Origin: Anthoceros angustus
Lineage: Eukaryota; Plantae; Anthocerotophyta
Assembly: GCA_010909165.1 (NCBI GenBank)
Contig: VJWM01000240.1
Span: 186,001-250,000, forward strand
Length of the DNA: 64,000 nt
Direction: 5' to 3'
Shown here: positions 1 to 11,400 of the stretch, piece after piece
Numbering within the stretch: position 1 is the stretch's first letter
How the letters are laid out: each line of letters starts with the position of its first letter
The notes under the pieces: generated by a model
What the model saw: the letters and a program-made list of their open reading frames with translations, nothing else
Told to the model about the DNA's origin: nothing
Databases searched by the model: none
Translations under genes and position numbers: made by a program

Positions 1-2250
1 CCGCGCGCACAAGAACCGGATGAGGAATGGCGGACAATTCCGGCGGTGAATTGACAAGCGGGAGGCGTGTGAGTGATCTTGATGGAGTGGTTTGTGAGGT
101 GGACAACGATGCACGGTGACTTGATAAAAGGCATGGCGTGAAATGGTGAAGGAGGCCTTGCAAAACAAAGGACAGGAGGAAGGGAATCCGATGTTGTTGG
201 TCGGCGAAGCAAAGAAGCTGGAGTGCGGACAAAGGTTGTGAATGAACGGGTACATGGCAAGATGGCGCGTTAGGAGGGAAAAACGGTTAGTGAAATCGGT
301 GTCGGCGCCTTCCCGACCGGTGGTAAAGTCCAGCATAAGCCGACACTTCGCATGACTCGCGCGCAATTCTCGTTGTGTGGGCGCAAAGCGGCATTAGAGG
401 AAAGGGACCGGAGGGGAGGAAGAAGCCGAGCATGGTGGACGAGGAAGAGTGGGAAGATGCCCTTGCAGGCGCGGATGCATGAAAGCGGAAGTTTGAGCCA
501 TCAAGTATGAACTTGCAGCTAAAAGAGTGGCCAAAAGCGGTGGGATGGGGCCAAACCCTTGGGGAAAGGGAGGCCTGGATGGGTGGTTGGTTTGAGAAGA
601 AGCATGGTAGGTACCCAACAAGAGGAGGCTGAATATGGGAGGTGAGAGGGCGATCTCCATGCAACCTCTGGGCGGTTCGCGATAAGGCGGTTGTCGAGTT
701 CCCTCTGAGTAAGACATGGAATACATGAAAACACCCCAGGTTCAGGCTATTGCCGAGAGAACAAGGGAAATGACTATTTTGTTGAATGACATGGAATTGG
801 AGATGGATCCGGATCGGTGGCGTTTAGACGAAGGATGGAAGGCAGGGGAGCCGCTTGAGCGAGGTGGTGGTGTGGATGTGGAGGGATAACTAGGAGGACG
901 GAGGAATGCATTGGGGAGATCGAGGCGGAGACATCTAACAGAATGGAAGGGAGGGGGCAGGCATGAAGGTGGGATGGTGGAGGTGGAAACAGTGCGGGCG
1001 GGAGGCTATCACGAGCAATGACATCGTGGTGCCGACGACACCACGATCACCCGATGGTGATGGACCATGCATGCCTGGTGATAGTGTGAATGAAGGCGTG
1101 TGAGCGGATGTATGTAGGAGAGGGCGCGGCCACGACGGACTCGGAATTGGGGGGTGCCGTCACCGTCAAGTTCCAGCCATGGCCGTAGGAAGGGAGGACT
1201 TGGTATCACCGAGTGGCTAGGCAGTTAACGAAGGAGGGTGTGTCAAGAGGGCAGTGGTAAAGGCGTGTGTTGGGAGGGTGCCGTCGCCTAGTGACTGACG
1301 GTGCACATTGTGGACGGAGTTGGGGTCGGAGGAGTGACCAGGGGTGAGCATGAGGGATGGAATTGGAGGCGGATGATGCAGCAGGAGGCAATTGTGTCGT
1401 CACCAGAAGGAACATGCATGGGTCAGCGTGGGCTGAACAAAGCGGTGGGAGTGGGAGGATCGGTGGCGGATCGAGGAGAGGCGGGTCCCATAGCGGCATG
1501 GTCGTGGTGGGGGCCAAAAGGCGTGGCAGCCATGAGGGAATTGTCGAGGGAGGGAGAAAGAGGCGGCAAAGGGGTACATGCGATGGCGATGGCAACAACG
1601 ATGGCGCAGATGATGAGGCAGGGACGAATTGAGGTGTGCCCGTGCAGACACATACGCGCACTCCGTGAAAGCATGGACCTCCAGTGAGGCCCCATTGGAG
1701 GCTCGCCACGGTGACAAAGGTGGAGGCCGAAGAGGAAAGCGGGGAGGTGCGGTGGAGGCATCGGCGGGGCCGTGTCACGAGGCGGGGCAGCCATGGAAAG
1801 AGCGAGGATGGAAGGAGCGGTGAGCAAGAGGTACATAAGCGGATTCAGGGAAGGTAAGCAATTGAAGGTCGTTGTGCACACCTATATGCTGGACATGTCT
1901 TGAAGGGCATGCTGCGATGTATGTGCGTGGGTGCGTGCGGAAGGGAGATGGATGCGATGGAAAGGGCAAAGCTGGTCGCGGACGAACGCAAGAGGAAGGG
2001 GAGGAAGAAAATCGCAAAACAGGGGGGTTGTAGGAGGTTTCCTTCTCATGCATACGATGAGGAGTAGGAAATTAGAAATGATGAAGCGCCATGTATGGAG
2101 CCAAAAGAACCCCGCGCCGGCGCATAGCAAAATCATAGGCAGAAGGACAAACTAGTAAATGCAGATAAGAAGGGCTGGGCGAGCCATGGCAAGAAGCCGA
2201 TGGGCATGGGGACACAGACGCATGCGCCCGCTAGAGAAGGTAGGTTGCGA
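1..2250 (-). other. Degenerate, strongly strand-biased (purine-rich on +) region, probably a decayed TE ORF; no domain recognised
   Basis: Only short, broken, Pro/Ser-rich minus-strand ORFs. Composition resembles the TE-derived regions later in the window. Confidence 0.25.
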
Positions 2251-2574
2251 CAGGATAGACAAAAATAGGCAGGGTGAAATGTGGGATGTATGTATCCGCC
2301 GCAGTTTTCATGAATGATGAATACAAAGTATAGTATCCGGCGTGTACAATTTATGCGTTATTATGTGGCGTGTTTTATACAAAATGAAATATAACCGTAT
2401 GTCATGAAATTATCGTATATGGCATATCACCAATACCGATTCTACGAAACATGTATGCATATGTATTTATTTATATGTATTCATACGAGGTAATAAGGGA
2501 AACCAAGTATTCTATATGGTAAATGTAGTAAAGGAGGAAGGTAGATGGGGAGGAGGTTTGGTACCAAGCCTCCA

Positions 2575-2812
2575 AAAGTGTTACAAGACTTTTCTTGTAA
2601 CACTTTATATGTTACAATCTTGAGAGAGGACAAAAGCGCCTCTCACTTCATCTCAACATAATTGCAACTTCCTTGCAACATGGTTGCAACAAACACTCCG
2701 GTTTGGTTTCCAAGCCAAAGTGTAACAAGCAGCCCAAAAAGTGTTACATGACCCCAAAATTGCAACATAAGTGTTACATCCGGGGGTCCAAATCTTAACA
2801 TAAAGTGTAACA
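2575..2812. repeat. Cluster of (A)AAGTGTTACA / TGTAACA / TTGCAACA motifs, including a perfect 14-bp hairpin
   Basis: AAAGTGTTACAAGA (2575-2588), 4-nt loop, TCTTGTAACACTTT (2593-2606). The motif recurs at about 2717, 2737, 2769 and 2802. Confidence 0.7.
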
Positions 2813-2819
2813 TAGGCTG

Positions 2820-3250
2820 CCTTTTCTAGTAGGGTTTGATGGCGTCACAATATCTGGCCAGCTTTGCCTCCTGCTCGAATTGTCTTCATGAACTCCAGAT
2901 GGAATTCTTCTAATGAGCCAGTGTGCTTCAGGGAGTACCACGTAGACCGACATCTTTCTCTCTGGTCCTAGGGCAAAAAACACAATAATTCTAGAAGGAG
3001 CTGTTAATATACGAACCCCCTTCTTTTGGTTTTGGACCCCCTTTACGAAGTCGACACAATCCTTAACACAGACATTACCCTTGCTGTTCCGTCCACAAAC
3101 AAAAAGTCTGCATTTTTTCTATTGACATGATACAGAGCCTATCTAGAGCGTCGGCCGGCCAGCTCCCTCCGTCGTTCTTGCCCATTGCTTGGCATCTTCG
3201 TTTTCCTCAACTTCTTCCTCATCAACTCCTTGCGTAAGCACCGATTATGG
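2820..3250 (-). mobile_element. Retrotransposon gag remnant (frameshifted)
   Basis: Minus-strand pieces EENEDAKQWARTTE, TWYSLKHTGSLEEFHLEF and FEQEAKLARYCDAIKP resemble the Retrotrans_gag pattern (W.SLKQTGSV.EY...F ... KL..F..GLKP). Confidence 0.5.
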
Positions 3251-3825
3251 TCGTAGCCTATGGATCATTCCTTTGCCTTTCGGTTTAGGAGAACATTCAT
3301 GCACCTATTGGGCCTCTTAGAGATGAGCTGAGCAGGGTGAGGCTGCCACCGCTGGCCATGTAGATTGGCCATTGCATTTGGCATGAGTTTGTGTTTCTAA
3401 TATGCAAAAACACTGTCTATTTTCTTTCTTGTAATTCTTTATATGTAGCCTGCCAATCAGGCAGTTGTCCTAGTGTATCTCCATTGGAATTGCTCAAGGA
3501 TGCAATCCAACAAAATAGTACACTAGGATTTCTACCTAGATTTGCAGCCTGCCATAGATTTTCTAGAGAAAAATCAACACAAGCATCATTTTTTGATTAT
3601 CTTTGTTTCATTGAATTTAGACTTCATTTCTAATCAAGAAACAACAAAGAATACATTTTTGTGCACATCTTCTAATGTACAAAAGAATGTGCATCTACCT
3701 AGATGCAACATACATAGTATGCTATGATACCATGACTATAAGAACTATAATTATAAGGACTATATAGGTCAATTCATAAGTAAAGAATAATTACATCGTA
3801 TTCATGGAGAAAAAACAACTTGCTA

Positions 3826-5335
3826 TGGCTTAGACCACATGGACACACATTAATAAGAACATGGTTGTTAAAAGACATGTCATGCCTTTAATTTGTCCAT
3901 TTTCGATATACACTCTTCGCGTATGTTTTGGCTTAGACCAAATGGACACACATTTATAAGAACTTGGCTGTTAAGCATCTTCCGTTTGATCGGTATTTAG
4001 ATGAGGTGCCTAGAGGGAGAGGATGCCCTTGGTGCTAGTAGTTGAGACACACTGTGGTATAAGTTGTTAAACATCCCACACTTCGGTTGGTACTTATATG
4101 GAGTGCTTAGAGGAAGTGGAAGCCCTTGGTGCTAAATAGCTAAAGGATACCATGGAACAAGTTGTTAAGTACCAAGTCTCATAATAGGAAAATTCCATCC
4201 AAGGGAAATATTCATCCTTCTTCTTCTAATGACATACAATGTCATATATATCTTCCTCCATGTATGCAAAGGGTAGGATATTTTATACGATTTGGAGATG
4301 GAATGGTGAAACTAAAAGATACCATAAAATGACTACAAGTAGAGTGCATATGGCGAGGCTATGAAAAGGCACTGGACATGGATGCCACAAATGAAGAAGA
4401 AGAAGAAGAATTTTCTTTAAGTCCACTAAGGATGGATTTCCGTCATGGGACTTGGTACTTAACAACTTGTACCATGGTATGCCTAAGCTACTTGCACCAA
4501 GGACATCCATTTCCTTTAGGCACCCCATCTAAGTCTCGATCCAAGCGCAGGATGCTCAATAACATGGGACTTGGTACTTAACAACTTGTACCATGGTATG
4601 CCTAAGCTACTTGCACCAAGGGCATCCATTCCCTTTAGACACCCCATCTAAGTACCGATCCAAGTGCAGGATGATTAATAACGACGTTCTTATAAATGTG
4701 TGTCCATTTGGGAGATTGAGACGCAGGCAATCTACATACTACACATTTAAGATTGCGATGTGATAAAAGATAAGTAAATGGCTTGGGAGATTGAGACGCA
4801 GGCAGTCTACATAAATGTGTGTCCATTTGGCCTAAGTTAGGCCAAATGGACACACATTTATAAGAACGTCGTGATTAAGCATCCTGAGCTTAGATCGGTA
4901 CTTAGATGGGGTGCCTAAAGGGAGCTTAGATCGTGGATGCCCTTCAAGAAGAAGAAGAATTTTATTTAAGTCCACTAAGGACGAATTTCCGTCATGGGAC
5001 TTGGTACTTAACAACTTGTACCATGGTGTGTCTAAGCTACTTGCACCAAGGGCATCCACTCCCTTTAGGGACCCCATCTAAGTACCGATCTAAGCATGTT
5101 TAATCATGGCATTCTTATAAATGTGTGTTCATTTGGCCTAAGCCATTTAGACACACAAGTAGCTTTTGCATTGGTGCAAGTAGCTTAGGTACACCATGGT
5201 ACAAGTCGTTAACCAAGTCCCGTCATGTTAACCAAGTCCCATGACGGAAATCCGTCCTTAGTGACTTAAAATTCTTCTTCTTCTTCTACATACTACACAT
5301 CCAAGATTGCGAAGTGATGAGAAAGGATAAGTGAA
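3826..5335. mobile_element. Foldback/MITE-like cluster of nested inverted repeats
   Basis: Terminal motif GCTTAG(A/G)CCAAATGGACACACATTTATAAGAA occurs at about 3828, 3931 and 4837, with reverse complements at about 4688-4710, 4811-4835 and 5112-5145. A roughly 120-bp core (ACTTGGTACTTAACAACTTGTACCATGG...GCACCAAGGGCATCC) is present in both orientations several times. Confidence 0.75.
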
Positions 5336-5661
5336 GGACCAGGTCCCACGCTCCAGCCCAAAACCGAGCGACTGTTACACGCCGCCGGATGCTTGACAAA
5401 ACTAAAAATAGCCAAGCATTAAAGAGCGATCTATTTCGCCACACTTCATTATGCGTGAAGCGCTGCAAACTCGCTTGGGCGGCCTCTCACGCTCTCCATA
5501 ACGTCATTCGCCAGCAGAGCGAGCGCCGCCGAATTCGCTGCGCGCTGCACCTTCACCTGCTCCTGCCGCTGCATTGGTTCGTCTGATTGTTCGCAGGCCG
5601 ATTTATTAGGGAGGGCGGGGCGCCATGGAGGCGCAAGCTCTCCAGAGCTGGAGGTGAAGAC

Positions 5662-7248
5662 ATGAGCCCCGTCAAGGCGCCTGGTAAGGAGCCCGGAAAG
5701 GATCCGTCGCTGTGGAGAATTCTGAAGGCGGGGGTGACGGTGGAGGACCTGGTGGCCACCGTGGTTGGCAAGCTCGAGACTAGAAACCTTGGCGCAAACC
5801 TGAAGCCTTGCCAGTTGAAGCTGAGCACGGATTTCACCGTCACCGGCTGGGACGGCGCGCGGAATGTGCTCCAGGTGAACGAAAGCGATCTCCTGGCGTG
5901 GGATTGCGAGCCGGTGGGGCTGGTGCTCGGGGTGGCGTACAAGGGGCGCACTCCCGTGGAGGACTTCCGGGCGCAGAACCTCAACTCCGAGGCCGGGAGG
6001 GCTCGGGAGGGCTTTCTGCAGACCCTCTCCAAGGATGGAACCTTCCGGAGGTTAGCGGACGAGCGGCTGGTGGAGCTCGGGCTCGGAGGGGGAGGCGGCA
6101 GGCCGCTCCCGGTCGCAGTGGTGCACGGCTTGAACGAGGAGTGGAAGAGGAAGCAGGGGTTCAATTGGGTGGGGGAGCGGGTGGCCCAGGTGCGGGCATT
6201 CCTCGCCGGAGGAAGGCCGGGGGAGGCGCTGGATTCCAGGGCCAGGCAGCTGCTTTCCGACTATGTTCGCGCCGCGATGGTGTTCCTGCAGTTCGTGAGG
6301 CTTTCCCGCGGGGAATTCGCGCGGATGCTGCAGGAGAACAGCCATAGCTGGCGCTGCGTGTTGGAGAAGATGCAGCGGGACGTGATCGGTCCGCTGCAAG
6401 CGAAACTGGAAGACGCGGGCGAGAAGACGGAGAAGTGGAAGGGGAGGTACCGGGGCGTGGAGGAGAGGATTTCCGCGATGGTGGAAAGGCACGAGGAGGA
6501 GTTGAAGGCGATCCGGGCCGCCGCCGCGAAGCGGGAGGAACAGATGAGGGCAGAGATGAGAGCCGAGGTAGGGCTGAAGGTGGAGGAGGCTCTGACCCGG
6601 TTTATGGCGGAGATGGAGAATTGCCGGGGCCTGATGAGCCAGGTCGGGGCGGAGGTGGAGATGAAGCAGAGGTGTATTCGGACGCTGGAGGAGAAGGTTC
6701 AGGGGAAGGTTTCGGAGGATCTTGCGTACCTGAGCGTGAAGGTGGAGGAGCTGGTGCAGGAGACGGGGCGGAAGTCGCAGCCGGATCCGGCTCTGGTCTT
6801 GGATCGCTGCAGGAAGGAGATGCAGGCTGTGGAGCAGTGCATGGCGCGGTCGCTTCGCGGGTTTCGGGAAAGGACGGATGCCTTGGCCGCGGAGTGCAGG
6901 AAGCGGGAGGATGCCGTGGTCGCGGAGAGCAAGCTGGCCGAGGCTGTGCTGACTGCGCGCGTCCAGGAGACGGACCAGGCGGTGGGATCTTTGTCTGCGG
7001 AGCTCGGCGCGCTGAGGACGACGGTGGACGGCCTTGCTGCGAGGCAGAATGACGATGTCCGGAGGTGCCGTGCCGACTTGCGGCTGATTCAAGGCACTGC
7101 GGAGGCTGCTGAGAAGAACGTTGGATTGATGGCCAAGCTTATCACCGAGAACATGGACACTGTGCACAAGACTCTGGTGAAGTTCAAGACGGAAGAGTTG
7201 AGGATGAAGACGGAAGAGTTGATGAAGGGACAGAAACCACCTTGGTAG
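5662..7248 (+). CDS. Intronless hypothetical protein (528 aa): N-terminal globular region plus long C-terminal coiled coil
   Basis: Uninterrupted 1.6-kb ORF with first in-frame ATG at 5662, strong G/C bias at third codon positions, and E/K/R/A/L-rich helical character over the last ~300 aa. No family recognised. Confidence 0.8.
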   Translation: MSPVKAPGKEPGKDPSLWRILKAGVTVEDLVATVVGKLETRNLGANLKPCQLKLSTDFTVTGWDGARNVLQVNESDLLAWDCEPVGLVLGVAYKGRTPVEDFRAQNLNSEAGRAREGFLQTLSKDGTFRRLADERLVELGLGGGGGRPLPVAVVHGLNEEWKRKQGFNWVGERVAQVRAFLAGGRPGEALDSRARQLLSDYVRAAMVFLQFVRLSRGEFARMLQENSHSWRCVLEKMQRDVIGPLQAKLEDAGEKTEKWKGRYRGVEERISAMVERHEEELKAIRAAAAKREEQMRAEMRAEVGLKVEEALTRFMAEMENCRGLMSQVGAEVEMKQRCIRTLEEKVQGKVSEDLAYLSVKVEELVQETGRKSQPDPALVLDRCRKEMQAVEQCMARSLRGFRERTDALAAECRKREDAVVAESKLAEAVLTARVQETDQAVGSLSAELGALRTTVDGLAARQNDDVRRCRADLRLIQGTAEAAEKNVGLMAKLITENMDTVHKTLVKFKTEELRMKTEELMKGQKPPW

Positions 7249-8466
7249 TGCTTGATTGCCGGTTCAAAGAGAACAAGCCTTCGTCTGCGCGGAGTCGAAC
7301 TGCACAAGTGTCTTGTAGCACCGGCTCCGCCTTCATGTTTGTCCATCACCGACTGCGGTAATTAGCGCTCATCTATGTCCCCCCGAGCTGAGAATGATGA
7401 GAGAAAACTCCGCTCGGGGCGTCTTAATGGTCCGGGGTGGGGCCAGCTGGCTCTAATGTACATATTTCTGCCGCCCGCAGAGCTTATCATCAGAGCAAAC
7501 TCCGCTTGGCGCGTGATAATTGGTCGGGGTGGGGACAGCTTTAGGGGACCTCATTTGGGTGCATGGCTTACTCCCACGTCACGAGTCGACTCACGACTCC
7601 CGGTGCGTAATTCGAAACCAGTAGACTGTGACCTAACATAATTACAAGTCGCTGCCGGGTCGTGACCGTGACGTGGGGGGTGAGTTTGTGCCTGTGATGT
7701 CGACGTCACGGCGTCGTGAGAATTAGTTGTGCTTGCACGAGATGGGTGCGAGGGATTTTTCTGAGTGCTAGCACAGCATGAAGGAGAACTCGATAAATGG
7801 GAAGGGCCCATCGCGCTAAAACAGAAAGATTGGGCTCCACCGAGGAATTGTTTGACATTGTTCTCCCTCGAGTGACACCAAAACCTCAAAAGCTGTCCTA
7901 AGGGTGCGAGACTTGCTTTCAGTATTTTGTAAACTAGAGCGTGCTAATACGATATGGCGAAAGCTCGAGGAAATGTTGAAGTTTCATGGAGGGAAAACTT
8001 AAGGATTGTCTTCCTGAATGAATGAGTCATCCTGCACCCTCCCGCGGATGCCAGTTATGTATGTAATTTGTGGTTCTATCTGTGTACCAACAGTCTGTTT
8101 GTGCTTCAGCTTCGGCATTGGCCTGTTCGCTGATTTCGACACCAACTTTGCATCAACGTCTCGTAAAACGCATGACATTCTGAGGGACGGTTGGGTAGGA
8201 AAGCTTGAGTTCGAGGAACCCATTGCTGGAGAAGAAGGAAGCCTCGAAGTGTGCCACCGGAGACCGAGATATGCAGTACGGGCAAGTGGATGTCTGGCTG
8301 GAGAGGGGTCTTCCAGCGAAAGTCTGCCTTGGGCAGGAGCCCTGGTGGAGACAACTTGGGACATTTAGGTGGGATGGCATGCAAGGTAAGGAGAGGGCCC
8401 GTTCGCCTGACTTCCGGCGTAGAGAGACCCAGCAGGTCCTGCACTGCAGCAAGGCAGAGAGGGTAG

Positions 8467-11400
8467 ATGCACGGCTGGCTGCTCCGGGCACGGAGAGGGG
8501 TCGTGGTGCCCTTACATGCCACTGGAGTGTACCGGATGATAGTGACCCTAGCCTCGGAGGAAGGTGTGAGCAAACTGTGTCGGCAGGGGCAGCTCGATGA
8601 GGCCGTTGAGGCTCTGGGAATTTTGGTACGCAGTGACCGTCATGTCAATGTCTCCAGAAATCTCTTATATACGGTCCTAAAAGAATGCGTTGGTAAGAAG
8701 GATCTGCCTCTGGGGCGCCGTGTCCATGCTCTCACTGTGAAGACAGGGTTTGAGTCGGATACATTCTTGTGCAATCATGTCCTGCGAATGTATGCTTCTC
8801 ATGCCAGGTTGCAAGAGGCTGTGGATGTTTTTACTGTGGTTTTCAAACCAGATGCTTTCACATGGTCCGCCATAATATCTGCGCATACTGACCATGGACA
8901 AGATAAGCAGGCTATAGAACTTTATCATGCTATGCGCAGGTCGAGTGTGATGCCAGATGGCCATGTTTTTGTAGCAGCGCTCCAGGCTTGTGCAAGGGGA
9001 GCTGACTTGAAATCTGGGCAGCTGGTGCATGCTGACGTGTTGGCTAGTGGCATTGAGCCCAATTTGTTTGTTTGGAATAGCTTGGTGGACATGTATGCAA
9101 AATGTGGCAGTTTGGAGGACGCGCGGGAACTGTTTGACGGACTTGGGAAGAAAGATGTGGTGACATGGAGTGCCATGATAGCTGGATATGCCCAGCAGGA
9201 CATGGGGCAAGAAGCCCTTCATCTTTACAGGGCTATGAAAGTAGAAGGCGTGGTGGAACCCAATTGTGTGACATTTTTGTGCCTCTTGCAGGCGTGTGCA
9301 AGTGTTGGCGCCCTGGCTTTGGAAATGGGAAAGCAGCTTCATGTGCATATTAGAGCACAAGGAATTCAGGGTGATGTGGTTTTAGCTGGGAGCCTGGTAA
9401 ACATGTATGCAAAGTGTGGCAGCCTCGTGGATGCACGTAGAGTGTTTGATGGACTCGATCAAAAAGATGTGGTGACATGGAGTGCCATGATAGCAGGATA
9501 TTCCCAACAGGGCATGGGGCAGGAAGCCCTGTGCCTCTACAGGGCTATGCAAGATGAAGGCATGGCTGCACCCAGTTCTGTGACATACGTTTCCGTTCTT
9601 CAGGCATGTGCAAGTGTGGGCACCTCAGCTCTGGAGAAGGGAAAGCAGCTTCATGGACAAATCAAAGGACGGGGGCTTCAGGCTGATGTGTTGGTAGCCA
9701 ACAGCTTGGTACACATGTATGCAAAGTGCGGCAGCCTCGTGGATGCACGGCGTGTATTTGATGGGCTTTGTGAAAAAACTATCGTGACGTGGAGTGCCAT
9801 GATAGCAGGATACTCCCAGCATGGCATGGGGCAGGAAGCCCTGCATCTTTATAGCTTGATGCAGGAAGAAGGCATTCTTACACCCAATTCTATGACATTT
9901 GTGTGCCTCCTGCAGGCATGTGCAGGTCTGGGGTCCTTGGCTTTGGAGATGGGCAGGCAGCTTCATGCGCAGATAACAGAACGAGGATTTCAGGCAGATA
10001 TGTTTGTCGCCAATAGCTTGATAAACATGTATGGGAAGTGTGGCAGGCTAGAGGATGCCCGTGGGGTGTTTGACAGACTTGTTCAGAAAGATGTAGTGAC
10101 CTGGAATGCCATGATAGCAGGATATTCCCAGCAGGGCATGGGGCAGGAAGCCCTCCAGCTGTACATGGATATGCAACAGGAAGGTATTGTTGAACTTGAC
10201 TCTGTAACATTTGTGTGCCTCCTGCAGGCATGTGCAAGTGCCGGTACACGGGGGTTGGAGAAGGGAACACAGCTTCATGCACAGATCAGAGAATGCAGAC
10301 TTCAGGCTGATGGCGTTGTCGGTGGAAGCCTGGTAAACATGTACGCGAAGTGTGGCAGCCTTGAGGATGCTAGGGGAGTGTTTGATGGGCTTGGTCAGAA
10401 GCATGTGGTGACCTGGAATAGCATGATTGCAGGATATTCCCAGTGGGGCATGGGGCAAGAAGCCCTTAGTCTTTACAGGAGTATGGGTGAAGACAGGGTT
10501 GTCGCACCCGATTCTGTGACATTTGTGTCTCTCCTGCAGGCATGTGCCAGTGTGGGCTCTGAAGCTTTGGAGAAGGGGAGGCACCTTCATGCTCAAATTA
10601 GGAGACGAGGACTGGAAGCTGACGTGTTTGTAGCCAGCAGTTTGATAAACATGTATGCAAAGTGTGGCAGCCTGGAGGATGCTAAAAGAGTGTTTGACAG
10701 ACTTGATGGAAAAAACGTGGTGACGTGGAGTGCCTTGATAGCAGGATACTCCCAGTTGGGCATGGGGCAGGAAGCCTTTCGGCTTTACAATGCGATGCAA
10801 GAAGAAGGCATGGATGCTCTTGATGCCGTTCTGTTCGTATCCCTCCTGCAAGCATGTGCAAGCAGCGACACCCCATCTCTGGAGAAGGTTACGCTGCTTC
10901 ATGCACAAATTAGAGAAAAAGGGCTTCAGGCTGATGTATTTGTGGCCAACAGCTTGATTAACATGTATGCAAAGTGTGGCAGCCTAGATAATGCTCAGGG
11001 TGTGTTTGATGGGCTTGGTCAAAGGAATATTGAGACGTGGAATGCCATAATAGCAGGGTATTCCCAACAGGGCATGGCACCAGAAGCCCTTTGTCTTTAC
11101 AATGCTATGCAAGAAGATTACAAAGTTGCGCCCAATTCTGTCACATTTGTGCGCGTCCTGCAGGCTTGTGCAATGGTGGGCACCTCGGCTTTGGGAACAG
11201 GGAAGCAGCTTCATGCACAGATTAGACAACGAGGACTCCATGCCGATGTGTTTGTGGCCAGTACTTTGATAAGCATGTATGCAAAGTGCGGCAGCCTCCA
11301 AGATGCTCGGGCCGTGTTTGAGGGACTTGGTCAGAAAAACCTGGTGACGTGGAGTGCCATAATAGGCGCATATTCCCAGAAGGGCATGGGGCAGATGGCC

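Noticed and set aside
4837-5141. Tourist MITE with TTA/TAA target duplication
   Set aside because: TTA and TAA are part of a longer inverted repeat, not a direct duplication, so the superfamily cannot be assigned.
5553-7167. Overlapping 203-, 371-, 179- and 205-aa ORFs
   Set aside because: Stop-poor shadows of a GC-rich gene.
8018-8600. Upstream ORFs as a separate gene or PPR N-terminal exon
   Set aside because: No recognisable domain, an in-frame stop sits immediately before ATG 8467, and the PPR already has a plausible targeting peptide.
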